DNA of 36,132 nt, taken from the NCBI GenBank assembly GCA_038087875.1, contig JAXLNO010000375.1:1-36132 (forward strand), written 5' to 3'. The stretch comes from Malacoraja senta (taxonomy: Eukaryota). Of the stretch, positions 1 to 10,413 are shown piece after piece. Below the pieces are notes generated by a model. It saw only the letters and a program-made list of their open reading frames with translations, made no database searches and had not been told where the DNA came from. Numbering within the stretch: the first letter of the stretch is position 1; each line of letters starts with the position of its first letter. Made by a program: the position numbers and the translations under genes.

Positions 1-160
1 TCTCTCTGTTCCAGTCCCTCTCTGTCCCCCTCCCTCCCCATCTTTCTCTTACCCTACCCGTCGCTCTCTCCCGTCCCATCCTGCCCCCTCTCTCTCCCAC
101 ACCCCTTCCTCCCTCACCTCCACGTCTCTCTCTCTCCCTCCCCGTCTCACCCTCGCCCTC
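1..160. repeat. Polypyrimidine (CT-rich) low-complexity tract
   Basis: Almost exclusively C/T with (CT)n runs; seen directly. Confidence 0.85.
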
Positions 161-186
161 CATGTACTTATCCTCAGAATCTTTAT

Positions 187-228
187 CATGGTGTAAGGCT
201 ACTCTTATTATAAGGACATCAATCTACA
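187..228 (+). repeat. Remnant (3' end) of the 5' LTR
   Basis: catggtgtaaggctactcttattataaggacatcaatctaca resembles 8313-8355. It ends AATCTACA, the reverse complement of the TGTAGATT that starts the 3' LTR. Confidence 0.8.
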
Positions 229-241
229 TGGTGTCAGAGTG
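229..241 (+). promoter_or_regulatory. Primer-binding site, tRNA-Leu-like
   Basis: TGGTGTCAGAGTG directly after the LTR CA. It is one base short of TGGTGTCAG(A/G)AGTG, the complement of vertebrate tRNA-Leu 3' ends (from recalled tRNA sequence). Confidence 0.7.
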
Positions 242-308
242 CACGGACTTACTCCTCAATTGATTCTATTTTTATAAATCTTTGTTTGTTATTTTTCTAC
301 TGTGGATA

Positions 309-1257
309 ATGGCTTCTGCTCTCAGGAAGCCAGGGATCTTGGTGTTCGATGCAGATCTTGCAGAGCGATGGCTTGTGTTTGAAGAGGATTTTTCAATCTA
401 CGTTGAGGTTGCATTTCCTGCTGCTGATCCTGCTCTTCGTGCATTAATTCTTCTCCATTTGCAGGCACTGAGGCTGCTCGTCGTGCAGAAGATTTCACCA
501 TACACTGGCTAGAGTTGATGCTAACGGTGATCAAATTGCTGCGGAGTCTCCCCGTGATCCTTAATGTCTCCTACGTAAATTCTGACAATTATGTGAGTTA
601 CAAATTAATGTAAGCATGGAGCGCCATAATTTTTTTCAATGTGTCAAAAACAAGGAGAACCTGTTGAACCACATGTTAATGCGCTGAAGCATGTCGCTAG
701 TCGATGCGATTTCAGAGAGATTCAATATAGTCTAGTACGGGACCGCTTAATCCATGGCATATTGAATGATGAATTACGCGATGAATTACTGCAGAAAGTT
801 GACCTGACTTTAGCGGCTGTTGAAAACCGCTGTCGCATAGCTGAACTGACTAATGCTCACATTCAATCTCTTGGACACTCTGCTGCTCGTGAAGTTAATG
901 CAGCCAGCTTGTCTTATCAAACTCCTGCTCGCTCGTCACAGGGGCCAGCTAATAACCTAAGATTGATCGCTGATTGTTTTAACTGTGGGGGTTCACATAT
1001 TGCAGTTCGCGGCCGCCCTGCGTATGGAAAACTGTCGATTCTGCAGTAAAAGAAACAATTTCGTCAAATGCTCTCGTTCACGCAGTGACAGATTTCAAAT
1101 GACACAGTCTGTCAACTCGCCAAACCATAATGAATATTCAAGCTCCGAGTTCGCTCACCTAGTTCCCATGGATGTACAAACAGATGGCGATAGAGCAGAG
1201 ATTGATGTAAATGCTTTGTCTAATTCAGTGCCCAACCGGCTAGATCCCAAGAGTTGA
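309..1257 (+). pseudogene. gag: Gypsy gag, frameshifted
   Basis: MASALRKPG..ERWLVFEEDF; LVRDRLIHGI..LR.ELLQK.DLTL; tandem zinc-knuckle remnant CFNCGGSH...PAYGK/CRFCSKRNNFVKC split across frames. Confidence 0.8.
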
Positions 1258-1259
1258 AT

Positions 1260-3100
1260 TGCTTATTAATGGCAGAACCCTTTATGTCAAGGTCGACGGG
1301 GGCGCGCTGCAAATGTAATCTCTTTGGCTGTCTTCCAGATGCTGAAAAACACAGAAACTTTAACATACAACTGCATCACTTGTCTCGTTTGATGGTTCTC
1401 GACTACACCCTATCGGCCAAGTAGAGTTACGTAGCTGTCTCAACTCACGTGACCACATCCTGGATTTCTACGTGGTACGCGAGAAGGTACCATCCATACT
1501 GGGTGCCGATGCATGCCTAGACATGGGTTTAGTTTCTTTCGGCCCTTCTGTCTGTCCACTATCTACAGACTATGATTTTACACATCAAATTCTAACACAA
1601 TACAAGGATTTGTGTAATGATAAGCTGGGCAAGTTGCCTGTTAGATCCACGATTACTATTGACCCTGAGGCAATCCCAGTTGTTCGTCCGGCTCACAAGA
1701 TTACCCACGCTATGCGGGATCGCGTTCAAAGTGAACTTAACAGAATGGTGACTCGGTGAGATTACTCCCGTAACTGACTCCTCGAACTGGGTCTCCACAA
1801 TGGTTGTCGCTTCTAAGAACAACAGAGATGAGATACGGATCTGTATCAACCCCAAGGACCTAAATACAGTAATTAAACGGCGCGTTATCCTATGTGCTCT
1901 GTGGACGAGATTGCGGCGCGGATGGCTGAAGCAACTATATTCACAGTGCAAGATGCCAGAGCTCATTCTGGCAGATTCCACTGAACATAACTCCTCCAAG
2001 TTGACAACTTTCAGTACTCCGTTCGGACGTCATAAATTTCTGAGGATGCCTTTTGGTATAAGTTCTGCCAGTGAAGTATTTCAACAATCCATGGAACAAT
2101 TGTTTGCAGGATACCCATGCTCCATCGTAGTGGACGATATCCTCATTGCTGGAAAACGGTCCAGGAGCACGATGCCAATCTGACAAAAGTATGGAGCCGT
2201 GCAGAGGCCATCCATCTGAAGCTAAATCCTAAAAAATGCAAATTTAGAGTGAATGAGGTAAAATACTTAGGCCATATATTTACCAAAGACGGCTAAAAAC
2301 GGATCCAGCGAAAACCAGTGCAATTAATGAGCTTCTAGCACCCACAGATGTGCTCAGTTTACAGAGATCCCTTGGCATGGCTAACTATTTGAGCAAATTC
2401 ATTCCAGATTTCAGCGAAATATCAGCCCCATTGCGCCATCTCACACACAACGACTCTGCTTAGACCTGGCATGAGCAACAACAGACAGCATTTGACATTC
2501 TTAAACGGCAGATGTCGTCCACCCCTACTCTAGCGGACTTTGATCCTAGACTGCCTATTACTGCCATGTGCCATGTGCCGCCTCACAACACGGGCTACGC
2601 GCTGCATGCCTTCAGAATGATGGCATGGCAATAAACCTGTCGCCTAGGCCTCGCGAACCATGTCTGACACAGAACAACGATTCGCCCAAATCGAAGAAGA
2701 GCTGTTTGAGGTTGTGTTCGCCTGCAAAAAGTTCAACGATTTCATCTTTGGTCGCACTATTACAATTAAAAACGACCACCAACCCTCTTATCAGCATTTT
2801 CAATAAACCTATTCATAACCCTCCAGCGCGCCCACAACGGATGTTACTACAACTTCAAAAATATGACATCGTCCTGACCTACAAAGGTGGAATGGATATG
2901 TACCTGGCGGACACTCTTTCACATGCATCTCGGACGACCTGCGAGGATCTGCCCTCGAAGGATGATGACTTTATCGTGATGACTGTATCGTTCATCCCTT
3001 CATCTTGGATGGAGGACCTGGTTGCCAAGACGTGGCGCCAACAAAAAGACCCTACGGTCGCTAACTTCTGTCATTAAGCACGGCTGGCCAGATGATACCC
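1260..3100 (+). pseudogene. pol: Gypsy pol: protease, RT, RNase H and start of integrase region, disrupted
   Basis: Protease-like VKVDGGA (about 1286) and SILGADAC; RT IRICINPKDLN, LTTFSTPFG, RMPFGISSASEVFQ, IVDDILI; RNase H AQIEEEL..VVFAC, QRMLLQLQKYD, YLADTLS; then LRSLTSVIKHGWP. Confidence 0.88.
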
Positions 3101-3346
3101 AGACGTGGCGCCGACAGACAAGACCCTACGGTCGATAACTTCTGTCATTAAGCACGGCTGGCCAGATGATTACCGAGACGTGGCGCCCACAGACAAGACC
3201 CTACGGTCGCTAACTTCTGTCATTAAGCACGGCTGGCCAGATGATACCCAGACGTGGCGCCGACAGACAAGACCCTACGGTCGCTAACTTCTGTCATTAA
3301 GCACGGCTGGCCAGATGATACCCAGACGTGGCGCCGACAGACAAGA
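3028..3346 (+). repeat. Tandem repeat, about 74-bp unit x 4.3, derived from Gypsy pol sequence
   Basis: Unit agacgtggcgccgacagacaagaccctacggtcgctaacttctgtcattaagcacggctggccagatgataccc starts at 3028, 3101, 3176, 3250 and 3324 (partial). Confidence 0.95.
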
Positions 3347-3635
3347 AACCGAAGCAAAGAAGTCGAAGCCAAAGAACCGAATGGAAACGAGGCCGAAACG
3401 CCAATAAACCGAAAGAGTCCGAAGACGAAACGCCTACTAAGTGAAAGGACGGGACGCCTAAGTGCAAACGAACCGAAAGGGCGGGACGCCTAAAGCCAAA
3501 GAACCGAAAAGGTGCGACGCCGAAAAGCAAACTTACCGAATGACCAGTTCTGTCAAAACGCCACCTACCCGAAAGGCGGCGAAGCCAATAAGCCTAAGGA
3601 CCGACTGCCGCTCAACAGAAAAGTCAATAACGGAA
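3347..3635. repeat. Degenerate short-period CCGAA/ACGCC array of unknown origin
   Basis: (a/g)ccgaa recurs about every 15-18 bp with gccaa/acgcc variants; not Gypsy coding sequence. Confidence 0.6.
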
Positions 3636-3877
3636 ATGACGTTGCCGGGGGCGGGGCTTGTCAGCGATTTCTCCAGACCTCCGCGTCCATCACATCACTG
3701 TGAAGGCATGAACATTGTCCCAAACCTCCGCTGCACCCGACCCGCAGCCCACGGAGGGTGGCCGTGGGAGAGTGGCGGCTGTTCCGAGGAATGCACACAT
3801 TCGGCCGCTTTCAACTTGGTGCTTGGGTTCAGATTGCCCAGTCACCTATCGCTTGTGTGGGAAAATGAACCCTCCAC

Positions 3878-3985
3878 GCTCCCGTCTCCCCTTCTCTCTC
3901 CCCTCTTCCCTCTTTCTTCTCTCTCTCTCCCTTCTCTTTTCTCCCTTCTCTCTCCTCCTCTCTCTCCCCTCTTCTCCGCTCCTCC
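3878..3985. repeat. Polypyrimidine low-complexity tract
   Basis: Near-pure C/T tract seen directly. Confidence 0.85.
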
Positions 3986-4083
3986 GCCACGCTGCACGTA
4001 GCGGAGCAAAGATTAACCCCAGGTACACAAAATATGCTGGAGAAACTCAGCGGGTTGCAGCAGCATCTATGGAGCGAAGGAAA

Positions 4084-4121
4084 TAGGTAACGTTTCGGCC
4101 GAAACCCTTCTTCAGACTGAT
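4084..4121 (-). ncRNA. Minimal type I hammerhead ribozyme-like motif of the Penelope terminal repeat (degenerate)
   Basis: Minus strand reads atcagt-CTGAAGA-agggtttcggcc-GAAAC-GTT-acctat: CUGANGA core, short stem II, GAAA, loopless palindromic stem III (AACGTT). Stem I pairing is weak. Confidence 0.6.
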
Positions 4122-4229
4122 AGGGGAGTGGGGAGAAGAAAGGAAAAAAGGAAAAAGGCGGAGGAGGAGCCCGAGGGCTGGGGGAGGGGAGGAGACAACC
4201 AGATAGCTGATGAGGGGGAGGGGACAGCA

Positions 4230-4800
4230 AGGGCTAGCAGAATTGGGAGAATTCAATGTTCAAACCCCCAGGATGTAGACTGCCCAAGCGGAATATGAGG
4301 TGCATTTCCTCCAATTTACGTGTTGCTCGCTGTGGCCATGGAGGAGACCAAGACAGAGAGGTCAGATACGGAATGGGAGGGGGAGTTGAAGTGCTGAGCC
4401 ACCGGGAGTCTCAGGTTGGTTATTGCGGACCGACCGGAGGTGTTCGGCGAAACGATCGCCAAGCTCCGCTTGGTCTCACCGATGTAGATCAGCTGGCATC
4501 TAGAGCAGCGAATGCAATAGATGAGGTTGGAGGAGATGCAGGTGAACCTCTGTCGCACCTGGAACGACTGCTTGGGTCCTTGAATGGAGTGGAGGGGGGG
4601 AGGTGAAGGGACAAGTGTTGCATCTCTTGCGGTTGCAAGGGAAAAGTACCAGGGGAGGGGGTGGTATGGGAGGGAAGGGAAGAATTGACAAGGGAGTGAC
4701 GGAGGGAGCGGTCTTTGCGGAACGCAGACATGGGGGGAGATGGGAAGATGTGGCGAGTGGTGGGGTCACGTTGGAGGTGGCGATACTGACGGAGGATCAC
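4230..4800 (-). pseudogene. Penelope linker and GIY-YIG endonuclease, frameshifted
   Basis: PGTFPCNRKRCNTCPF linker; RQRFTCISSNLIYCIRCSRCQLIYIGETKRSL; LPVAQHFNSPSHS. Confidence 0.88.
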
Positions 4801-6420
4801 TTGTTGTATGTGCCGGCTGGTGGGGGTGAAAGGTGAGGACTAGGGGGACTCTGCCCATGTTGTGAGTGGGGGGGATGGGGAGAGAGAGCAGTGTGTGCGG
4901 GGTATGGCAGAGACCTTGGTGCGAGCCTCATCTATGGTGGAGGAGGGGAACCCCCGTTCCCTGAAGAATGAGGACATTTCAGATGCCCTGGTGTGAACGC
5001 CTCATCCTGGGAGCAGATGCGGCGTAGACGGAGGAATTGGGAGTGGGGGCTGGAGTCCTTACAGGAAGCAGGGTGGGAGAAGTGTAGTCCAGATAGCCAT
5101 GGGAGTCGGTAGGTTTGTAGTGGATGTCGGTAAGGAGTCTATCACCTGCGATGGAGATAGTAGAGGTCAAGGAATGGTAGGAAGTGTCGGAAATGGTCCA
5201 GGTGTATTTGAGTGCCGGATGGAAGTTGGTGGTGAAACGGATGAAGTCAGTCAGTTGTGTGTGGGTGCAGGAATGTGGCACCAAAACCAATCATCGATGT
5301 AGCGGAGGTAGAGGTCGGGATGGAGGTCCTGGTACGCAATTGAACAAGGATTGTTCTACGTACCCGACAAAGAGGCAGGCGTAGCTGGGGCCCATGCGTG
5401 TGCCCATAGCTACGCCTTGTATTTGGAGGAAATGGGAGGAGTCAAATGAAAAGTTATTAAGTGTAAGGACCAGCTCCGCTAGGCGGAGGAGGGTGTCAGT
5501 GGCCGGGTATAGATTGCTTCTACGGTCGAGGAAAAAACGGAGCGCTTCGAGACCATCCTGGTGGGGGATGGAGGTGTACAATGACTGGACGTCCATGGTG
5601 AAGATGAGGGGGTGACGGCCTAGGGAGTGGAATGCGCGGAGATGACGGAGAGTGTCTGAGGTGTCTTGAACATAGGTAGGAGGGATTTAACCAAGGGGGA
5701 TAGGATGGAGTCGAGGTAGGTGGAGATGAGTTCGGTGGGGGCACGAACAGGCAGAGACAATGGGTCTACCGGGACAGTCAGGTTTGTGGATTTTTTGGGG
5801 AGAAGGTAAAAGCGGGCTGTGCGGGGCTGGGGAACGATGAGGTTGGAGGCTCGGTCGGGCAGGGCGTGGAGTGGATGAAGTCGGCGATGGTGCTGGAGAT
5901 GGTGGCCTGGTGCTCGTCAGTGGGGTCATGGTCCAGGGGTAAGTAGGAGGAGGTGTCCGAGAGTTGGCGCGTGGCCTCAGCTTTGTAGAGATCGACGCGC
6001 CAGACTACCACGGCACCTCCCTTGTCGGCGGGTTTGATAACCCAATCTAGGTTGTTGCGGAGTGAGTCGATGGCAGTGCGTTCAGGGGGGAGAGATTGGA
6101 GTGAGACAGGGGAGTGGAGAAGTTGAGGCGGTTGATGTCACGGCGGCAGTTTTGAATAAAGTGTTCTAAAGCCGGAAGGCTACGAGTGGGGTTCCATGAG
6201 GATGGGGTGCGTTGGAGACGGGAAAAGGGGTCATCAGTGGGGAGCGAGGACTCCTTCCCATGGAAGTGAGCTGTGAGGCGGAGGCGACGGTAGAAGCGTT
6301 CCAAGTCATGGAGGGCACGGAACTCATTGAGATGGGGACGGAGGGGGACAAAGGTAAACCTCTGCTGAGGACAGACCGTTCGATGTCGGAGAGTGGGAGG
6401 TAGGGGGGAATGGAAACACC
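4801..6420 (-). pseudogene. Penelope reverse transcriptase, frameshifted
   Basis: IKPADKGGAVVVW; PKIHKPDCPGRPIVS; MDVQSLYTSIPH; QIQGVAMGTRMGPSYA; LRYIDD (about 5290-5307); TDIHYKPTDSHGYLDY. Confidence 0.9.
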
Positions 6421-6740
6421 CGGCAGGGATGGGGGTTGGGGCCGGAGGAAGGCAGGTGGGTGGAATGGGGACGAGGCGATGTGTGGTGGGGGGGTGGTGG
6501 GTGGTCAGGGGGTGGGGGGTGAGAGGGCTGTGGTGTGGGTGTGGAAGAGAAGTGGTCCAATATTTGGAGAGGGATGGGGAAGAATCAGTGGAACTAACAC
6601 TGAGATAACCAGGGCTAGGCAGACTAGCGCTAGGACCCAGTGGAGTCAAACCCCGGAGAGTGGGAGTGAGCAGCGTGGAGGCTTCAGGCCCAGTACAGAG
6701 TCCAGTTGGCAGGTGAGGCGACGGCTGCGGGCTGCTGGAG

Positions 6741-7539
6741 GGAGGTGCAATGGCGAGGGTCGGCGGACACGACGGTAGGAGTCCTCGGGCAGTGGAGTCA
6801 GGGTCGGGGGGGGGCTAGGGGGCGTTGCAGTGGCGAGGGTCGGCGGACCCGATGGTCGGGGTCCGTGGGCAGTGGAGTCGGGGTCGGTGGGGCTGGAGGG
6901 CGTAGCAGTGGCGAGGGTCGCCGGACCCGATAGTCGGTGTCCTCGGGCAGTAGAGTCGGTGGGGCTGGAGGGCGTTGCAGTGGCGAGGGTCGGCGGACCC
7001 GATGGTCGGGGTCCTCGGGCAGTAGAGTCGGGGTTCACGGGCGATGCGTGGGAGGTCCCGGTAGGCGGATGGTCGGTGGGGCGGCGCGGTTCGACCAGCC
7101 CGGTGAGGCGACGGGGTGAGTAGGGTGCGGTGCGGCCGCCATGTTCGGGGAGCCCCGGTCCGTCGGTCGTGTAGAGTAGGTCCGGTCCGGCGGCGATGCT
7201 GGATGGGCCCGGTCCGGCGGCGATGTTGGGAGGACCGGGTGCGGCTGTGATGTTCGGTGGGCCCAGTGCGACGGCGATGTCGGATGGGCACGGTGCGGCG
7301 ATGATGTAAGGAGGTCCCGGGGGGTGGCGAGGTTCGGAGGAATCCGCGAGGGGAAGGAAGTCTGAGTTACCGTAGAAGCGGCGAGGCTGGACGTCATCGG
7401 TAGGCAGGTGAAGGTCGGCGGCAGTATCGACGTGGAGGTCGGTGAAGGCGGCGTCCTGGTTAGTACTGGAGGCGCTCCCCGTGGACAAGATGGCGTCCTG
7501 GTAAGTACTGGATGCGCTCCCCGTGGACAAGATGGCGTC
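6741..7539 (-). repeat. GC-rich tandem repeats in the Penelope 5' region (72-80 bp x4; 27 bp x5-6; 42 bp x2)
   Basis: tggcgagggtcg at 6751, 6831, 6909, 6981; gatg anchors at 7195, 7222, 7249, 7276, 7303; 42-mer at 7450 and 7492. Confidence 0.85.
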
Positions 7540-7552
7540 GCGGGACCGGGAC

Positions 7553-8095
7553 ATTAACCCCACATGTGTTTCCGCCAAAGGAGGTTCAATCCAGGTTGCA
7601 ACAAAAGCGTGACGTTCAAAAGATATGGTTCGACAAGACGAGTAAGCCATTGCCACCATTGACCAAAGGACAGGTGGTTCTCTTACAGACTGACAAAGGC
7701 CATGAGCGTATTGGGGTGGTGTCCGGTCCCGCTTCGGAGCCACGCCGGTACATTGTTAGAGCCGATGGCGCCACCTACCGACGCAACATCTTCTGCCTGT
7801 GAACGAGTCAATCACCCCTCCTTATTATCCGGATCGTACTAGTTCATTTTAATCTGCATCTAGTGACCCCCGAATGCTCTTGCTAGCAAAACCATGCCTG
7901 CGACAGTTCCTCTGTCTGTTCCATCTTCGCGTGCGCCACATTCTCCTGCTTCGACTCCAGGGACGTTGGTCCACTCCCCCACGGCGGTGACATCGCCTGC
8001 TCTTTCCCCAGAGAAAAAGAATGGAGATGGCCTCTATCGTACACGTCCCGGTCGTGTTTGCTGGCCGGTCGTCATGTATCCGGACTATGTTTCAC
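7553..8095 (+). pseudogene. Gypsy integrase C-terminal region (continues from 3989-4020)
   Basis: TLHVAEQR|LTPHVFPPKEVQ..QKIWFDKTSKPLPPLTKGQVV..EPRRYIV...YRRN, then a terminal YRTRPGRV....YPDYV motif typical of Gypsy pol ends. Confidence 0.8.
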
Positions 8096-8167
8096 TTTCC
8101 ACCAGTCTATCATCGGTTGTGATATTTGCTTTGCTTAGTTATGGATATACATCGTTATTGATTCTTT

Positions 8168-8177
8168 AAGAGGGGGA
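8168..8177 (+). promoter_or_regulatory. Polypurine tract
   Basis: AAGAGGGGGA directly before the LTR TG. Confidence 0.85.
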
Positions 8178-8355
8178 TGTAGATTCGTGCCTCATGCTGT
8201 CTTGCATTTGTAGTTACGCCCACTAGCTTGTTAGCGTCGGGGTCTGCTGCATTCCGTTAGTCTTAAATTGAACTCCTAAGTGCTTGTAACCAATAAACTC
8301 TATTTAACCTGACATGGTGTAAGGCCATTGTTATTATAAGGACTACAAATCAACA
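8178..8355 (+). repeat. 3' LTR (178 bp)
   Basis: TGTAGATT...AATCAACA termini; AATAAA at 8292-8297; its 3' part matches 187-228. Confidence 0.88.
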
Positions 8356-8370
8356 ATCTCGAACTCGTTC

Positions 8371-8374
<4 letters not shown>

Positions 8375-8440
<66 letters not shown>
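8375..8440. repeat. Compound microsatellite (TC)n(AC)n
   Basis: Seen directly. Confidence 0.95.
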
Positions 8441-8442
<2 letters not shown>

Positions 8443-8449
8443 GCGTATC

Positions 8450-9020
8450 GTATTCATTGAACTGGAACTCAAACTCTATCGCGAATATCTCGAACTCGAA
8501 CTCTATCTCGAACTCGAACTCGAACTCGAATTAGAAATCGAACTCGAACTTGAACTCGTACTCTATCTCGAACTTGCGGGCGGAGCACCAAGGCATATTC
8601 CTTGTATGTGAATACTTGACCAATAAACGTATTCATTCATTTATTCATTCAATCACCTCGAACTCGAACTCGAATTCGATCTGGAACTCGATCTCGAACT
8701 TTATATCGGACTCTCTGTCGAACACGAACTCTATCTCGAACACCATCTCGACCTCGAACTTTATTTCGAACTCGAGTTGGAGTTCGATTTGCGGGCGGAG
8801 CACCAAGGCAAATTCCTTGTATGAGAATACTTGGCCCATAAATTTATTCATTCATTCATTCATTCATTGAACTCGAACTCGAGCTCGAACTCAAACTCGA
8901 GCTCGAACTTGAACTCGAACTCGAATGCGAATTTCAACTCTAACTGTATCTCGACCTCTCTCTCGAACTCGAACTCTATCTCGAACTCGAACTATCTCGA
9001 ACTCCAACTCCAATTCGAAC
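8450..9020 (+). repeat. Composite satellite block, forward orientation: (TCGAAC)n - core - (TTCA)n
   Basis: Cores at about 8574-8628 and 8789-8843. Confidence 0.9.
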
Positions 9021-10195
9021 TGGTTGTGTTCGGAAAAACATGTGCGGATCAACTGGCTGGACTTTTTACGGATATTTTCAACCTCCCACTTCTGAGGTTC
9101 GAGGTTCCCACCTGCTTCAAAAGGGCATCAATTATACCGGTGCCCACGATGAGTAAGTGACGTGCCTCAATGACTATCGACCAGTGGCACTAACGCCTGT
9201 GGTGATGAAGTGCTTTGAGAGGTTGATCATGGCGGAAATCAACTCCTACCTCGACAAAAACCTGGACCCACTGCAGTTCGATTACCGCCACAACAGATCC
9301 ATGGTGGATGCGATCTTGCTGGCCCTCCACTCAGCTCTGGACCACTTGGACAACAAAAACTCATATGTCAGGCTGTTATTCATTGTTTACAGCTCGGCAT
9401 TTAATACAATCATCCCCTCCAAGCTGGTTACCAAACTCGCAGAACTGGGTCTCTGCGCATCCCTCTGCAATTGGATCCTCGACTTCCTCATTCACAGACC
9501 ACAGTGTGTTCGTATTGGTGGAAATGTGTCAGACCGGATAACAATCAGCACGGGAGCACCTCAAGGCTGAGTGCTCTACCCCCTGCTGTACTCACTCTAT
9601 AATCATGACTGCGTTATAATAGCGCCTCTACTTCCTGAGAAGATTACGGAGGGTCAGTTTGTCAAGGAGGACGCTCTCGAACTTCTACAGGTGCACAGTA
9701 GAAAGCATGCTGACCGGTTGCATCGTGGCTTAGTTCGGCAACTTGAGCGCCCAGGAGTGGAAAATACTACTAAAAGTTGTAAACACCGCCCAGTCCATCA
9801 TCGGCTCTGACCTCCCTTCCATCGAGGGGATCTATCGCAGTCGTTGCCTCAAAAAGGCTGGAAATATCATCAATGAACCACACCATCCTGGCCACACACT
9901 CATCTCCCTGCTACCTTCAGGTAGAAGGTACAGGAGCCTGAAGACTGCAATGACCAGGTTCAGGAATAGCTACTTCCCCACAGCCATCAGGCTTTTAAAC
10001 TTGGCTTGGACAAAACTCTGAACATTAATAGTCCATTATCTGTTATTTGTACTTTTTACGTAGATAATGGTATATGGGCACACTGATCTGTTTTGTAGTC
10101 AATGCCTACTATGTTCTGTTGTGCTGAAGCAAAGCAAGAATTTCATTGTCCTATCAGGGACACATGACAATAAACTCTCTTGATTCTTGATTCTT
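9021..10195 (+). mobile_element. Rex1/Babar-type LINE fragment, 5'-truncated with an internal deletion
   Basis: [37 protein letters not shown]; sequence jumps at about 9612-9620 so the ADD motif is absent; LLPSGRRYRSL; AATAAA then (TTGATTC)n tail. Confidence 0.88.
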
Positions 10196-10413
10196 CGAAC
10201 TCGAACTCGAACTCGAACGCGAACTCGTTCTCTATCTCGAACTCGAACTCTATCTCGAACTCGAGTTTGAGTTCGACATGCGGGCGGAGCACCAAGGCAA
10301 CTTCCCTGTATGTGAGTACTAGGCCAAGAAACGTGTTCATTCATTCATTGATTCATTCATTCATTCATTCATTCATTCAATTCGAACTCGAGCTCGAACT
10401 TGATCTTGAACTC
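10196..10413 (+). repeat. Composite satellite block, forward
   Basis: One variant core at about 10279-10332. Confidence 0.9.

Larger units (their letters stand above)
4021..7552 (-). mobile_element. Penelope-like retroelement (RT + GIY-YIG), 5'-truncated, flanked by a target-site duplication
   Basis: Minus-strand RT and GIY-YIG motifs; hammerhead-like motif near the 3' end; ATTAACCCC at 4012-4020 and 7553-7561. Confidence 0.9.
187..8355 (+). mobile_element. Decayed Ty3/Gypsy LTR retrotransposon (Mag/K02A2.6-like), interrupted and partly deleted
   Basis: Order is LTR end, PBS, gag (CCHC), PR, RT, RNase H, IN, PPT, LTR. Integrase after RNase H is the Gypsy order. Many stops and frameshifts. 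Confidence 0.9.

Noticed and set aside
3347..3635. CCGAAA/GAAAC motifs as a ribozyme array
   Set aside because: No CUGANGA core found on either strand.
4207..4213. CTGATGA on + strand as a second hammerhead
   Set aside because: No stem II or GAAA follows at a suitable distance.
6646..7743. 365-aa ORF as a host gene
   Set aside because: It crosses the Penelope/Gypsy junction at 7552; the N-terminal part is antisense integrase sequence.
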